Shown here in pieces: positions 20,201 through 29,033 of a stretch of DNA of 36,754 nucleotides. The translations under genes were made by a program, and so were the position numbers. The stretch covers positions 1 to 36,754 of IMG/VR virus record IMGVR_UViG_3300033067_000899. One strand, 5' to 3'. The notes beneath the pieces are model-generated. The model saw nothing but the letters and a program-made list of their open reading frames with translations. It was not told where the DNA came from and ran no database searches. Origin of the DNA: a virus. Taxonomy: Duplodnaviria > Caudoviricetes. The stretch's first letter is position 1, and each line of letters starts with the position of its first letter.

Positions 20201-22077
20201 TCTTTGATATGGCTGAGAAGGCTAAGAAGTCTCGAGTGAAAGCCAATACCGCCAAGATTAAATCACTAAAGGCCGAGCTACGTACTACCACTGATCCTGA
20301 CACTCGAAAGATGCTGAAGAAGCGTATGAAAACGCTTGGCTGGCGTGCCAATCTGAAGCAGACAGTGGTCCCTACCTATACTCGAATCATCAAATACCTC
20401 GAAGCACGTGGCGATGAGAAGGAAATGTTTTTCAAAACCCTCACCAAAGAGGAACAGGAGTACGCAAAATTCATCCGCAACTACTACAACTCTGCCTACA
20501 ACTACCTATCCTATATCAATGAGCTTCACGGAAGCCGTTATATTGATGCCTACTTTACCCATGTTCGCAAAGGATTCCTTGAGAAGTGGAGTGATGACGG
20601 CTTTGTGGCAGCTATCAAAAACATGTGGGATGCTCAGAAGGAAGATATGGCCATCGCCAACATCATCGACTCTGACACTGGCAAGATTCTCCCTAAATCT
20701 AAATTTTTCCAATACACCCTCGAACGTACCGGCGTAGGGGAGACTTCACAGAACCTCACTCAAGTCTTCCTTCAGTATGCCAAGCTACTCGAGCGCAAGA
20801 AAATGCTCGATAAGATGGTCCCTGAGCTGGATATCTACACCTCTTCACTAACACCAAAAGACCTCACAGCACGTGGCTTGGAGATGGATCGTACTATGAA
20901 GGAGTTTGTTAATAACTACCTGAACAATAAGCGCGGCCGCAAATTCAACTATGGCGGAATCATTAAGCAAAATGGTCCGGCTGATATCTTGCTCCGTACT
21001 GGTAACACCCTAGTATCTTTCATGGACTTGGGACTCAACTTCCTCGCTGGTAGTGCTTCGCTGGTGGGTGAACAGGTCTCAAACTTCGTAGCTCTCGGCA
21101 ACCGTGGCACGCTACGTGGCTTTAAACGCCGACTCTGGGACACTGGCATGAAGCGCCTTGTAGATCCTAAGGCATCACAAATCCTCAAAGAAGCTGAGCC
21201 ATTTATCGGTCGCAACATCTGGACAGAAATTGCCGAAGTCGACAAGCCTATCTTTGATAAGGCGATGCAAGTGATGTTTGGTCTCTTCAGTCAATCGAGT
21301 GTGGAAGCCAGCAAGATCTACCTCCTAGGCTCACTGACTGATGCTGAACTCAAGGCTGGAAAGATAAGCGCTCAGCGTATGGCTGACCTTCGTATTGAAG
21401 CCGGTCGCTGGCGTGAAATGGGTAGTATGGCCAAGTCAATCGTAGGCTCTACCTCTACCGGCGCAGCATGGACTAAGTACAAGAGCTGGGCTATTCCAAT
21501 CATGCGTACTACTGCCAAGAACGTCACTGACCTCGCATCGATGCTGAAGAAAGGGGAATATAAAAAGGCCCTAACCTCAAAGCAAACTATTGAACTCATG
21601 CGCGAAATCGAAGTGACTACTGCTGCCTTGGTCCTTGGAAGTGTACTGGTCGCTGAAGAAGATGATGATTCACCAATCGCCAAGCTTCGTAACCGAATCA
21701 AACAGGAAACTCTTACTATCCTTGGTGGTGTAGATCCTACTGTCTTCCTCGCGACTCCGCGGCTATACTCATACCTCCAACAGCTAGCTGGAAACCTCAA
21801 GCAACTGGCGCTACTTGAAGAGTATAAGACTGACTCAAAATACGGCGATGAGGGAGATCTGAAGGGACTCGGGGGACTAAGGCAGCAATTCACTCCTGGA
21901 TTCATCCGCCAATTCCTACCAAATAAAAGTAGCTCATCCTCAAGCGAACCTTCATCTACTGGCAATTCAAAGCTAGACTCCCTTAATAAACTCGAGAAGC
22001 TACAATCCTTAGAGAAGCTGGATAAACTCGACCAATTAAACAAGCTCGAGAAGCTGGATAAGCTAGATTCACTGTAG
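17290..22077 (+). CDS. Large (1595 aa) putative DNA ejection protein
   Basis: Very large, helical, located after the nozzle gene as for podovirus ejectosome proteins; no catalytic motif recognised. Confidence 0.6.
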   Translation: MGTLYDTIRQKQEAAKRVPPISPIVGGKYTPLSIQALQAPRISQAQANAEKLSSDMSRGVSLTQGTPDPIQARRQSLSGIPVIGKFLTGTGPQGPSNSLYEPGSLPQSLVEKGIVGFLLEGFQKKVAPTRAEVGEQIFTRYDKLADVEPDEGRRLELAIQDVISQSPGQTKNITDLKEPGINLSEKEKDALFWTNVLEDTFAVLDAPVFVGSTKIPKNALLEFLKKTDNIDDIVPRLRMIGVGEDVANEVAPKIAKSTNEIQIARLLEDAKKAVPESTKPSLFARIQEKVATKLTPGKTNRFEEVATASKAVDETPKTVVKRTDEVTEGASERFFRSVQGGSKFDELAADDVVPAFIREDLDTYVAKQGDEYVVIEGKTGQQLGEPGKNVAQAVQRAKEEVEAMGNERLTQFLTSSPLSPRYTQVVEKAPVIKPKLPIRNLPKGIITADQLRLTDKAAARRLAKLERMAETAPTVDKFVDNSGITRESMEATVKKQGYKDVDEFYRVNKAEPMGKTEMASRAKGGEPDERVVPNEEQSYSLMAEQYEGDSFVMNIKKEEAENVADNLRAVFADLKGIDLKDPKLKFTEQDLEQTQLQYEFIMDALMDDPARSLVKYVSKTTGRLPEVTGKNTMMDLRAGKKEVRNSEFGRRGDEILQEIFGYERQMTSSEAQELVDSYIKRRNDAREIFENLKQIRNSIRLSKQMDTFVGVNQKKLATELQKNRTALSKLVEAAERAGFKKGIEKGNRQYEILVEKLRSRRNTLGGIKWRYSLSDAEMRKAQDFARKEMNDLAIPDDPRFMTKAEFTEYTTKMEEYAADAEARRVERGIVKTIIEQKDLKNTENLREVMGLPTLSEMSLEQLGRYEKVLNTFRDGDEFLSKRTLEVIDRTALKGARTVRQTQEYLAQEIKRVLGRDVAPEKLQNLTAGASDYLRWDTSLAESKPFYGFLVNRAQKHIMEGESNFLRIQERIFDMAEKAKKSRVKANTAKIKSLKAELRTTTDPDTRKMLKKRMKTLGWRANLKQTVVPTYTRIIKYLEARGDEKEMFFKTLTKEEQEYAKFIRNYYNSAYNYLSYINELHGSRYIDAYFTHVRKGFLEKWSDDGFVAAIKNMWDAQKEDMAIANIIDSDTGKILPKSKFFQYTLERTGVGETSQNLTQVFLQYAKLLERKKMLDKMVPELDIYTSSLTPKDLTARGLEMDRTMKEFVNNYLNNKRGRKFNYGGIIKQNGPADILLRTGNTLVSFMDLGLNFLAGSASLVGEQVSNFVALGNRGTLRGFKRRLWDTGMKRLVDPKASQILKEAEPFIGRNIWTEIAEVDKPIFDKAMQVMFGLFSQSSVEASKIYLLGSLTDAELKAGKISAQRMADLRIEAGRWREMGSMAKSIVGSTSTGAAWTKYKSWAIPIMRTTAKNVTDLASMLKKGEYKKALTSKQTIELMREIEVTTAALVLGSVLVAEEDDDSPIAKLRNRIKQETLTILGGVDPTVFLATPRLYSYLQQLAGNLKQLALLEEYKTDSKYGDEGDLKGLGGLRQQFTPGFIRQFLPNKSSSSSSEPSSTGNSKLDSLNKLEKLQSLEKLDKLDQLNKLEKLDKLDSL
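21970..22074 (+). repeat. In-frame 9-nt/3-aa periodic repeat (KLDSLNKLEKLQSLEKLDKLDQLNKLEKLDKLDSL)
   Basis: Leu at every third residue at the C-terminus of the large protein. Confidence 0.85.
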
Positions 22078-22081
22078 TCCG

Positions 22082-22110
22082 CTGACCAATTAGAAACCCT
22101 GTGACATACT
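22082..22110 (+). promoter_or_regulatory. GACCA-class promoter (CTGACC-17-CATACT), leaderless
   Basis: -10 ends 6 nt before ATG 22117. Confidence 0.6.
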
Positions 22111-22116
22111 TACATC

Positions 22117-23169
22117 ATGGCAACTGACACATCAAAAGAAAAGCGCTACGAGGATTTAGTGAACGCCGTGGCTGGCGGTGAGCTTAAGATGGTGAAATTC
22201 CTATGGAATCTCGTATCGGAAATTGATGCGCTCGTACAGCAAACCCCTCAAGCGCAGATAGAAAAACGGCTGAAGGATGTTGATGCACTACTCAAAAAGC
22301 TGAAGGATAACCCACCAAAAGACGGCGTTACCCCTACAACCTCACAACTCTTGGCGCTTATCACGCCTTTAATCCCGAAACCTATACCGGGGAAGCCTGG
22401 AAAGACACCATCTAAGCAAGAACTCCAAGACCTGATAGAGAGTCTTATTCCTGAACCTATCCCTGGAGAACCTGGCAAGCCTGGAAAAAGTATTCAAGGT
22501 AAGCCTGGCCGTATGCCGAAGCATGAATGGAATGGAACGCGCATCCGCTTTGAAACTGCTCCCGGAGAGTGGGGAGAGTTTGTAAACCTACAAGGCGCAC
22601 CAATGGAACCTATTGAATACAAGCCTGGCTTCGGAGCATCGATGCCATCAGTCACTGTGGTCCAAGGTAACACTCGCTTTGAAGGCGTGACTAAGATTGT
22701 GCTTGGCGATAACCTCACAGCTACTCGCACACCAAACGGCGTGGTTATTTCTGGTGAAAACGGAGGTGGAAGTGGTGGCGCCGGGCTGGACTTCGAGACA
22801 CCTACTGGCACTATCGATGATAGTAACGTGACCTTTGATGTACTCAATACCCCTCTCTATCTGGTAGTGAACGGAGCGCAGTACTTTGAAGGCGTACACT
22901 ATACACTAGTTGGACTGACCATCACTCTCGATAATCCTATTGGTACTGGCGGATTCATCCGTAGTGCCTTCGGTACTGGCATCAGTATTGAAACTCCAAC
23001 CGGCACAGTGGATGATTCAAACGTAGACTTCACTGTCTCTAACGAACCTAAGTACATTGTGGTAAACGGCGCTCAATACTTCTCCGGCGCTGGATATACC
23101 TACCTCGCTGGCACTATCACCTTAGATAACCCAGTCGGTACAGGTGGCTTTATTAGGAGTGTGTATTAA
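22117..23169 (+). CDS. Fibre/decoration-like structural protein with short Gly-X-Y segments and two tandem ~62-aa beta domains
   Basis: PGKPGK and PGEPGKPGK segments; duplicated ETPTGT.DDSNV.F...VVNGAQYF...ITLDNP.GTGGFIRS. Confidence 0.7.
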   Translation: MATDTSKEKRYEDLVNAVAGGELKMVKFLWNLVSEIDALVQQTPQAQIEKRLKDVDALLKKLKDNPPKDGVTPTTSQLLALITPLIPKPIPGKPGKTPSKQELQDLIESLIPEPIPGEPGKPGKSIQGKPGRMPKHEWNGTRIRFETAPGEWGEFVNLQGAPMEPIEYKPGFGASMPSVTVVQGNTRFEGVTKIVLGDNLTATRTPNGVVISGENGGGSGGAGLDFETPTGTIDDSNVTFDVLNTPLYLVVNGAQYFEGVHYTLVGLTITLDNPIGTGGFIRSAFGTGISIETPTGTVDDSNVDFTVSNEPKYIVVNGAQYFSGAGYTYLAGTITLDNPVGTGGFIRSVY

Positions 23170-23178
23170 AATATCAAT

Positions 23179-24744
23179 ATGAAAAATCTATTTAAAACAA
23201 TCAGTGTCTTGGTCCTCATGGCTATCGTAGCGCCAGTAGTGGCCTATGCTCAGCTTACGGTCCCTCAAGGCGGTACTGGCCAGACTTCTTTTACGGCTGG
23301 CTATATTCCCTATGGTGGCTCGAGTAGCCTTCGCTTAGATAGGGAAGCTGCTTTCTTCTACACACCTAGCCTTAACCGCCTGACGGTAGAAAATGCTTCC
23401 ACTACCATCCTGACTGCTGATCAAATCTGTTTTAACGCAGATAACTGCCGAACTACTTGGCCTACTTCTGGCGGTGGCGGCGGATCTATTTCAACTTCCA
23501 CTACTCCTACCCCCGGAAACCTAGCCTACTGGACTAGCGCTAGTGCGCTTGGAAGTATTGCCACTGGTACTCTCACTGAGTCTGCAACTGGCTTGGAGTT
23601 TAATGCTACTCGAGGACTTGTAGGTGGCGCAGCTATCTTGTCTCTCACCTCTGGATATTCAATTCCCCTTACTGCTTCCACCACTGAATGGGCGGCTGCC
23701 TACGCTTCTACCACAGCACTGACACCAGGCTACATCCGGGGACTGTTTTCAAATACCGTAACTGGTTTGACGTATAGCAACTCAACTGGTATCACATCCC
23801 TTACTGCCGGCTATAATATCCCTCTCTCAGCATCTACAACTGAGTGGTCTGGCTTCTATAACACCCCTAGCACACGAATCACGGCTGGAAATGGACTATC
23901 TTGGAGTGGTAATACATTAACCGCTACCAGTACTCACGCCGCTGTCACTCTTTCTGGCGCACTAGACTACATCACCTTAGTAGGCCAAGACATAGTACGT
24001 GGCGCTATCGACCTTGCTACTGATATCACAGGCGTACTTGGTATAGCTGCTGGTGGCCTTGGCGCTGCTTTCACTGACCCTAACGCTGACCAACTAATGT
24101 TTTGGGATGATAGTGCCGCTAAAATCACTGGTATTGCCACACTCGCCGGCGCTGCTATCTCTGGCACTACTCTAACTATTAACGATGTCACATGTACAGA
24201 CTGTCTAACCTCTACTGAAATCGCTGATGAATATCTACTTAATACCGGAGATGTAGGAACAGGAGTCTATGACTTTGGTGGCGCCACGGCTTTTGAAATT
24301 GTTAACGGCTCAAACCCAACCGTTGATACTCTCGGTGAAATTGCACTCGATACTACAGGCAACCAGCTTATAGTAGCGACTAGCAGTACTGCCGCAGCAA
24401 TTCCGGTTACAGACGTAAAGATCTGGTCCGTTACTATAGCTTCCACTTCCCCACGCTTCCTAGATCTAGGTTTATACCCAATTCCAACCAACATAGATGG
24501 CTATACAATCACTCGTATTCAGTGCCATGTGACCTCAGGAACCTCAAAAGTCATCGCTGTAGAGGATGCATCAGGTAACAGCTCTGAAGACATCACCTGT
24601 GCCACTACAAACACAACTGACGATGGATCTATTACTAACCCAACCTATACCGCTTCTGAGCTTTCATACATAGACTTCGGAGCTACTACCGGAGCGGTTG
24701 ACTATGTTAGTATTAGTGTGTTCGGTAATTGGACAAGAGAGTAG
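23179..24744 (+). CDS. Ser/Thr/Gly-rich fibre-like protein with a predicted Sec signal peptide
   Basis: MKNLFKTISVLVLMAIVAPVVAYA|Q; VPQGGTG and ASTT repeats. Confidence 0.75.
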   Translation: MKNLFKTISVLVLMAIVAPVVAYAQLTVPQGGTGQTSFTAGYIPYGGSSSLRLDREAAFFYTPSLNRLTVENASTTILTADQICFNADNCRTTWPTSGGGGGSISTSTTPTPGNLAYWTSASALGSIATGTLTESATGLEFNATRGLVGGAAILSLTSGYSIPLTASTTEWAAAYASTTALTPGYIRGLFSNTVTGLTYSNSTGITSLTAGYNIPLSASTTEWSGFYNTPSTRITAGNGLSWSGNTLTATSTHAAVTLSGALDYITLVGQDIVRGAIDLATDITGVLGIAAGGLGAAFTDPNADQLMFWDDSAAKITGIATLAGAAISGTTLTINDVTCTDCLTSTEIADEYLLNTGDVGTGVYDFGGATAFEIVNGSNPTVDTLGEIALDTTGNQLIVATSSTAAAIPVTDVKIWSVTIASTSPRFLDLGLYPIPTNIDGYTITRIQCHVTSGTSKVIAVEDASGNSSEDITCATTNTTDDGSITNPTYTASELSYIDFGATTGAVDYVSISVFGNWTRE

Positions 24745-24766
24745 TTTATAAATTAAAGAAATCAAC

Positions 24767-24889
24767 ATGTTAACCCTTCTATCTATTGTAGTACTATCAG
24801 TAATTATGACCATTTTAGCTTTAATCTACCTTACTCGTCTCTTTGTAAGACTAGCTAAAGATGCGTTCAATAAGCCTTATGAGAGATAA
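24767..24889 (+). CDS. 40-aa single-TM protein (not in the ORF track)
   Basis: MLTLLSIVVLSVIMTILALIYLTRLFVRLAK...; overlaps the next start. Confidence 0.5.
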   Translation: MLTLLSIVVLSVIMTILALIYLTRLFVRLAKDAFNKPYER

Positions 24890-25598
24890 AACTCTTTTAA
24901 AAACTGCTGCTGGTTTAGGGATAGCTGGTTTAATTATCGCTATCTTTATTGGTACAACTGACCCTGAGACTAAGATTCCTAACCCGATTACTGTAGATGG
25001 TGAAACTATTGAGTTTACCTATACAGACGATAATATTGATGAGGACTTAATCATCTTCACTGATGAACAAACTTATACTGCTGGCCTATCTCACGCCCTT
25101 GTCTATGTGGCCGTAGTTAACAATAGTGGGGAAGAGCAAGACGTTGAATTGCTAGGTTATTTCCGAGACGACAAACAACATATCTCAGACGTTAAGGTTT
25201 TAACTGAAGTAACAGAAGAAAAGACAGATTTAATTTCTTCAGAAGTTTGTCGTGATGTTGAAGTGGTAGGATCATCCACAAAGAAAACAACTATAGAGCG
25301 AGTATGCAAGCTAGAAGTAACCGGAGAAGCTACTAGTACAGTCACTAATCTAAGATGGAGTCCACTGTCTATTGTAGAGCGTACCACCTCTGAAAAAACT
25401 AAAGAGGTGGTTAAGGATCGTAAGCCTGTGGTATTAACTGACAAACAGTTTGCGGCCACAAAGAAATCAGAAGGATATTCAGTGCCAGTCGATGGCGTTA
25501 TTTATTATCGGGTAATGGTTGAGTTTTCACCACGTACGGCTGACGGCTTCTTCTTTGAAGCTATCGGAAGTGCTGGTGGTTATGGTCATCTTTTCTAA
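24879..25598 (+). CDS. N-terminally anchored or secreted protein
   Basis: MRDKTLLKTAAGLGIAGLIIAIFIG hydrophobic N-terminus; beta-rich body with a Cys pair. Confidence 0.7.
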   Translation: MRDKTLLKTAAGLGIAGLIIAIFIGTTDPETKIPNPITVDGETIEFTYTDDNIDEDLIIFTDEQTYTAGLSHALVYVAVVNNSGEEQDVELLGYFRDDKQHISDVKVLTEVTEEKTDLISSEVCRDVEVVGSSTKKTTIERVCKLEVTGEATSTVTNLRWSPLSIVERTTSEKTKEVVKDRKPVVLTDKQFAATKKSEGYSVPVDGVIYYRVMVEFSPRTADGFFFEAIGSAGGYGHLF

Positions 25599-25599
25599 T

Positions 25600-26739
25600 A
25601 TGAAATACATCTTTATAGCTTTGTTTCTACTCTTAACTCCACTATCGGCTTCGGCTGTTTGGTTTAATAGTAGTTGGGATTATAAAGTAAAACTTGAAGT
25701 AGTACCGGCTCGAGTTGGTAGTAGTACCGCCGTCACTAACTTCCCGGTTTATGTCGATCTAAGTCACCTTCCGGCTGGTTTTCATACCAACGTGAAAGGA
25801 GATGGCTGTGATATTCGTGTAGTGAAAAGTGATGACACCACTGAAACTCCATTTGAATTGGTGGTCTATGCCACTAGTACTGATACTGGTGAACTATATT
25901 TCAAAGCCGATACTCTTGCCACATCAACTGCTTCCAGTACTTACTATATTTATTACGGTAATAGCGGCGCTTCTTGTTATGCCGTCTCTGATCCTTATGG
26001 AAGGAATAACGTTTGGACATCTTATAAAGCTGTCTACCACTTCCAGCACACTAGTGGCAGCACAACTGACTCCACTGGTAATAGTTACACTCTAACAAAC
26101 ACTGGCTCTGTAGCTTACAGTACTACTACTGGCTTGTTTCAAACAAACATAACTCCCCCATCTGGAACAAATAAGTTTATGGGTAGAACTGACAACGTAG
26201 GTACTACTCCAACTGGCGCCTGGTCCGTATCAATGTGGCTCAAATTGCCAAGTGAGACATCCGTAGACCGAGAGTTGTTTCAAAACTATATTGTCGGTGC
26301 TGGTGGAGCTATCTACCGTGGTCTTTATGAATACAACAGTGGTACTAGACGTATTCGATTCTTTCGTATTGGTAGTGGCGCCACGTTCCTAGACATAACC
26401 GGCAACATCGCTGACAACACTCTTAAGAATATTGTTTATACATACAACGGAACTAACCAAGCGCTATACCTAAATAATAATACTGGCGTTACTGGTGCAA
26501 ACACTGGTACAGCTAGTGTTGGATCCGCTGAATTTAATATCGGTGGAGGTATCACAAACACTTCGGTTAACGGTCCAATGGATGAAGTCCGAGTTGCCAC
26601 TACTACACTAACCTCAGCTTGGCGAACTACTGAATATAACAACATGTCTTCACCTTCCACTTTTTATTGGGTAGGCGCACAAGAAGCCGAGCCAGCCGGT
26701 GGATCAAGTCCAGTGGATGATTCCGCTTTCTTTAATTAA
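25600..26739 (+). CDS. Secreted DUF2341 plus LamG/concanavalin-like domain protein
   Basis: MKYIFIALFLLLTPLSASA|VW signal; W..SWDYK, NFPV, DG.DIR, YIYYGN, DSTGN, MDEVRV and EYNN motifs. Confidence 0.8.
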   Translation: MKYIFIALFLLLTPLSASAVWFNSSWDYKVKLEVVPARVGSSTAVTNFPVYVDLSHLPAGFHTNVKGDGCDIRVVKSDDTTETPFELVVYATSTDTGELYFKADTLATSTASSTYYIYYGNSGASCYAVSDPYGRNNVWTSYKAVYHFQHTSGSTTDSTGNSYTLTNTGSVAYSTTTGLFQTNITPPSGTNKFMGRTDNVGTTPTGAWSVSMWLKLPSETSVDRELFQNYIVGAGGAIYRGLYEYNSGTRRIRFFRIGSGATFLDITGNIADNTLKNIVYTYNGTNQALYLNNNTGVTGANTGTASVGSAEFNIGGGITNTSVNGPMDEVRVATTTLTSAWRTTEYNNMSSPSTFYWVGAQEAEPAGGSSPVDDSAFFN

Positions 26740-26749
26740 CACCAAAAGC

Positions 26750-26778
26750 AAGACCAGAATTATGTCTATTGTTATACT
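26750..26778 (+). promoter_or_regulatory. GACCA-class promoter for the lysis module (AAGACC-17-TATACT)
   Basis: Intergenic, upstream of 26806. Confidence 0.6.
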
Positions 26779-26805
26779 AAGGTGTAACTTTAAATTGTAA
26801 TTTCT

Positions 26806-27081
26806 ATGGAAACATCCATACTTTCGATCATACCTAATTTATCAATCGGTGTGATATCAATCCTTGGGTTGATATACGTGGTCTTAAAATTCCTAGATGC
26901 CCTGGATAAACGAGCAGTACAGCACGCCGAATCAATGAAGGAACGCGAAATGGCTCTCCGGCAAGTGGAGAAGGATGTGCGTGACTCACTCTACCGTCAT
27001 ATCTCTGAATCCACTTTCGCCCTGCAAGAGAATACCAAGGTATTGGCTCGGGTTATTAACCACCTAGACACTAAAAACTAA
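26806..27081 (+). CDS. Holin-like protein (one TM plus coiled coil)
   Basis: N-terminal hydrophobic helix; directly precedes the peptidase gene. Confidence 0.6.
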   Translation: METSILSIIPNLSIGVISILGLIYVVLKFLDALDKRAVQHAESMKEREMALRQVEKDVRDSLYRHISESTFALQENTKVLARVINHLDTKN

Positions 27082-27086
27082 TTATT

Positions 27087-27941
27087 ATGGAAACTAGAAT
27101 CTATGCCACTGGAGCCGAACCATCATCTATCGATCTTCGTGACTTTACGTATAAGCCTGACAAAGCCACGCTAGCAGCGCCACAAAAGGGAGGTGAGCGC
27201 TACTTACCAGAAGATATCGAAGATCAGAGCCGTGTTGGTATCTGTACCGCTATATCTCTCACCATGAACGCTCGTAAGGCTCTAGGAAAGAAATTTAGTG
27301 CGGACTTTCAATACCTACTTCAAAAGAAGTACTACGATAAGAACTGGAATGAAGGATCAAGCGCTCGGTCTGCCCTACATATGGCGTATACTTATGGCTT
27401 GCTACCAGAAGAAGAGTGGAAGCACACTACCCAGGATGACCGAAAACTATCTTATTCTAAGTACATCGCTAAAATAAAAACTATCCCTGAAGCTGAAATT
27501 GCTCGGCTTATTGCTATCGCTGCCCGACATAAGTATCTTTCCGGATATGCTGCGGTCCCAGTAGATCGAGATAAGCTGTTCAGCGCCATTGATGAAAGCC
27601 AAGCTGGACTCATTGTGCGGTATAGCGTAGGTCGTGAATGGTACACCGCACCAATAGAACCGCTTAGGAAGCCCATTTCTGTCATTTCCGGCCACTTAAT
27701 CACCATGAGTAACTATGATGGCATGTCGTACCGTTTAGCGAACTCCTGGGGCGATGACTGGGCTGATAAGGGTACTGCCTACAGTAACCTCACAACCTAT
27801 CAGCCAACTGAAGCTTGGATCCCCTACTACGCAACTTTGCCACCAGCTATCGAAGACCAAAAGAATGAGCTTGAGTCACTATATGGCCAAATCGTAGCAT
27901 TACTCCAGAAGATGGTGTCCCTATTGAACCTGAAGAAGTAG
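27087..27941 (+). CDS. Papain-like (C1) cysteine peptidase, putative endolysin
   Basis: DQSRVGICTA (oxyanion Gln, catalytic Cys), SGHL (His), ANSWGDDWADKG (Asn); flanked by holin-like genes. Confidence 0.85.
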   Translation: METRIYATGAEPSSIDLRDFTYKPDKATLAAPQKGGERYLPEDIEDQSRVGICTAISLTMNARKALGKKFSADFQYLLQKKYYDKNWNEGSSARSALHMAYTYGLLPEEEWKHTTQDDRKLSYSKYIAKIKTIPEAEIARLIAIAARHKYLSGYAAVPVDRDKLFSAIDESQAGLIVRYSVGREWYTAPIEPLRKPISVISGHLITMSNYDGMSYRLANSWGDDWADKGTAYSNLTTYQPTEAWIPYYATLPPAIEDQKNELESLYGQIVALLQKMVSLLNLKK

Positions 27942-27953
27942 TCTGATAACTTC

Positions 27954-27982
27954 CAGACCAAAATATCACTTTGCGCTAGAAT
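27954..27982 (+). promoter_or_regulatory. GACCA-class promoter (CAGACC-17-TAGAAT)
   Basis: Intergenic, upstream of 28015. Confidence 0.55.
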
Positions 27983-28014
27983 TTAATGGAGCTTACTAGC
28001 TTCAATAAATTCCT

Positions 28015-28323
28015 ATGATATTAAATTTTTTACGATGGCTGATTCTGTCTTCAGCAAACGCAAACAAGTACTCTTTAATGGTAAAGGGTTTTCTTCTTGC
28101 TCTTATTCCTACCATCATTACTGTTGCCGGTCTTACTAACATTCACATCCCTAACCAAGAGACTTTAACTCTATTGGTAGAAGGTATCGCCACCGCTATT
28201 CAACTTGGTCTAGGTATAGTTGCCAGTGTAGTCGCTTTCATTGGCGCTGTACGTAAGATTGTTTCTACCTTTAAGGGCGAAAACGATGTGCTGAATTCTA
28301 TTGATCGAGGTGAGTTTAACTAA
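28015..28323 (+). CDS. Holin-like membrane protein (2 TM)
   Basis: Two hydrophobic helices, within the lysis region. Confidence 0.7.
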   Translation: MILNFLRWLILSSANANKYSLMVKGFLLALIPTIITVAGLTNIHIPNQETLTLLVEGIATAIQLGLGIVASVVAFIGAVRKIVSTFKGENDVLNSIDRGEFN

Positions 28324-28353
28324 CTCATAGCACCGGACTACTTTCCGGTAAAT

Positions 28354-28809
28354 ATGCCAACATTCGTAAATGTCATCATCGCCACTACGATTTCTTTTCT
28401 TTCCTTGCCAGTAGTAGGTGACAACATACCCGAGCCACTTCCTATCGTAGCGCAAACAATAACCCAAGCGCTACCCATAGAAGAAGAGAAGCCACTACCA
28501 GCCACTGAGCCGGTAGTGAAGGAAAGTGCTTGCAACTGCTACAACATTCTCAAGGATAACTTCGCTTCAGTACCAGCCATGAGTACGCTTTTAGCTATGG
28601 CAACTTCTACTGGTAACGTGGCCATCATGCTATATCCAGCGACTCCAGACTTCCCAAATGGTATGCCACACGTGGCCATTGTCCGGTCGGTACTACCAGA
28701 TGGATCGTATGAAATTGAAGAGTACAACTACAAGCGCTGCACCCATGACACCCGTGTCATACCCCACGACTACCATCGCTTAGTAGGCTTCACTACCCTC
28801 GAGTCATAG
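28354..28809 (+). CDS. Secreted CHAP-like amidase/peptidase
   Basis: Hydrophobic N-terminus, Pro-rich linker, CNCY ... HVAIV ... EEYNY catalytic pattern. Confidence 0.65.
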   Translation: MPTFVNVIIATTISFLSLPVVGDNIPEPLPIVAQTITQALPIEEEKPLPATEPVVKESACNCYNILKDNFASVPAMSTLLAMATSTGNVAIMLYPATPDFPNGMPHVAIVRSVLPDGSYEIEEYNYKRCTHDTRVIPHDYHRLVGFTTLES

Positions 28810-28838
28810 AGTCCCCTTCCCTGCTCCTATGGATATCA

Positions 28839-28864
28839 AAAAACCACTCGCAAGAGTGGTTTTT
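28839..28864. terminator. Bidirectional terminator between the late and leftward operons
   Basis: AAAAACCACTC-gcaa-GAGTGGTTTTT. Confidence 0.9.
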
Positions 28865-28984
28865 GTTTGACTGAGTGATAGTCGATAGGGTAGGGGAGTG
28901 GTATAAAGCCTTATTTATAGCCATATCTTTACGTGACTGGGATTGTTTGATTTTACGCGATACATAGTGCCGGGGGAGTGGTCT

Positions 28985-29028
28985 ACTCTCCAAAAGCTCT
29001 ACAATTACTCTACAATTACTCTCCAAAT
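28985..29028 (+). repeat. Four imperfect 11-bp tandem repeats
   Basis: ACTCTCCAAAA GCTCTACAATT ACTCTACAATT ACTCTCCAAAT. Confidence 0.8.
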
Positions 29029-29033
29029 CTCGG

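Noticed and set aside
21372-22043. 223-aa antisense ORF and the other - strand ORFs within structural genes
   Set aside because: Shadow frames of well-supported + strand genes, with no independent expression signals.
17290-22077. Virion RNA polymerase (N4- or crAss-like)
   Set aside because: No DxDGD/DFDID or T7-type polymerase motifs were recognised; an ejection protein is the simpler call, pending a structure search.
22790-23165. Duplicated segment as a diversity-generating retroelement TR/VR pair
   Set aside because: Both copies are in-frame domains of one protein, the differences do not appear adenine-specific, and no reverse transcriptase is present.
28985-29028. Mini CRISPR array
   Set aside because: The units are 11 bp and contiguous with no spacers, and there are no cas genes.
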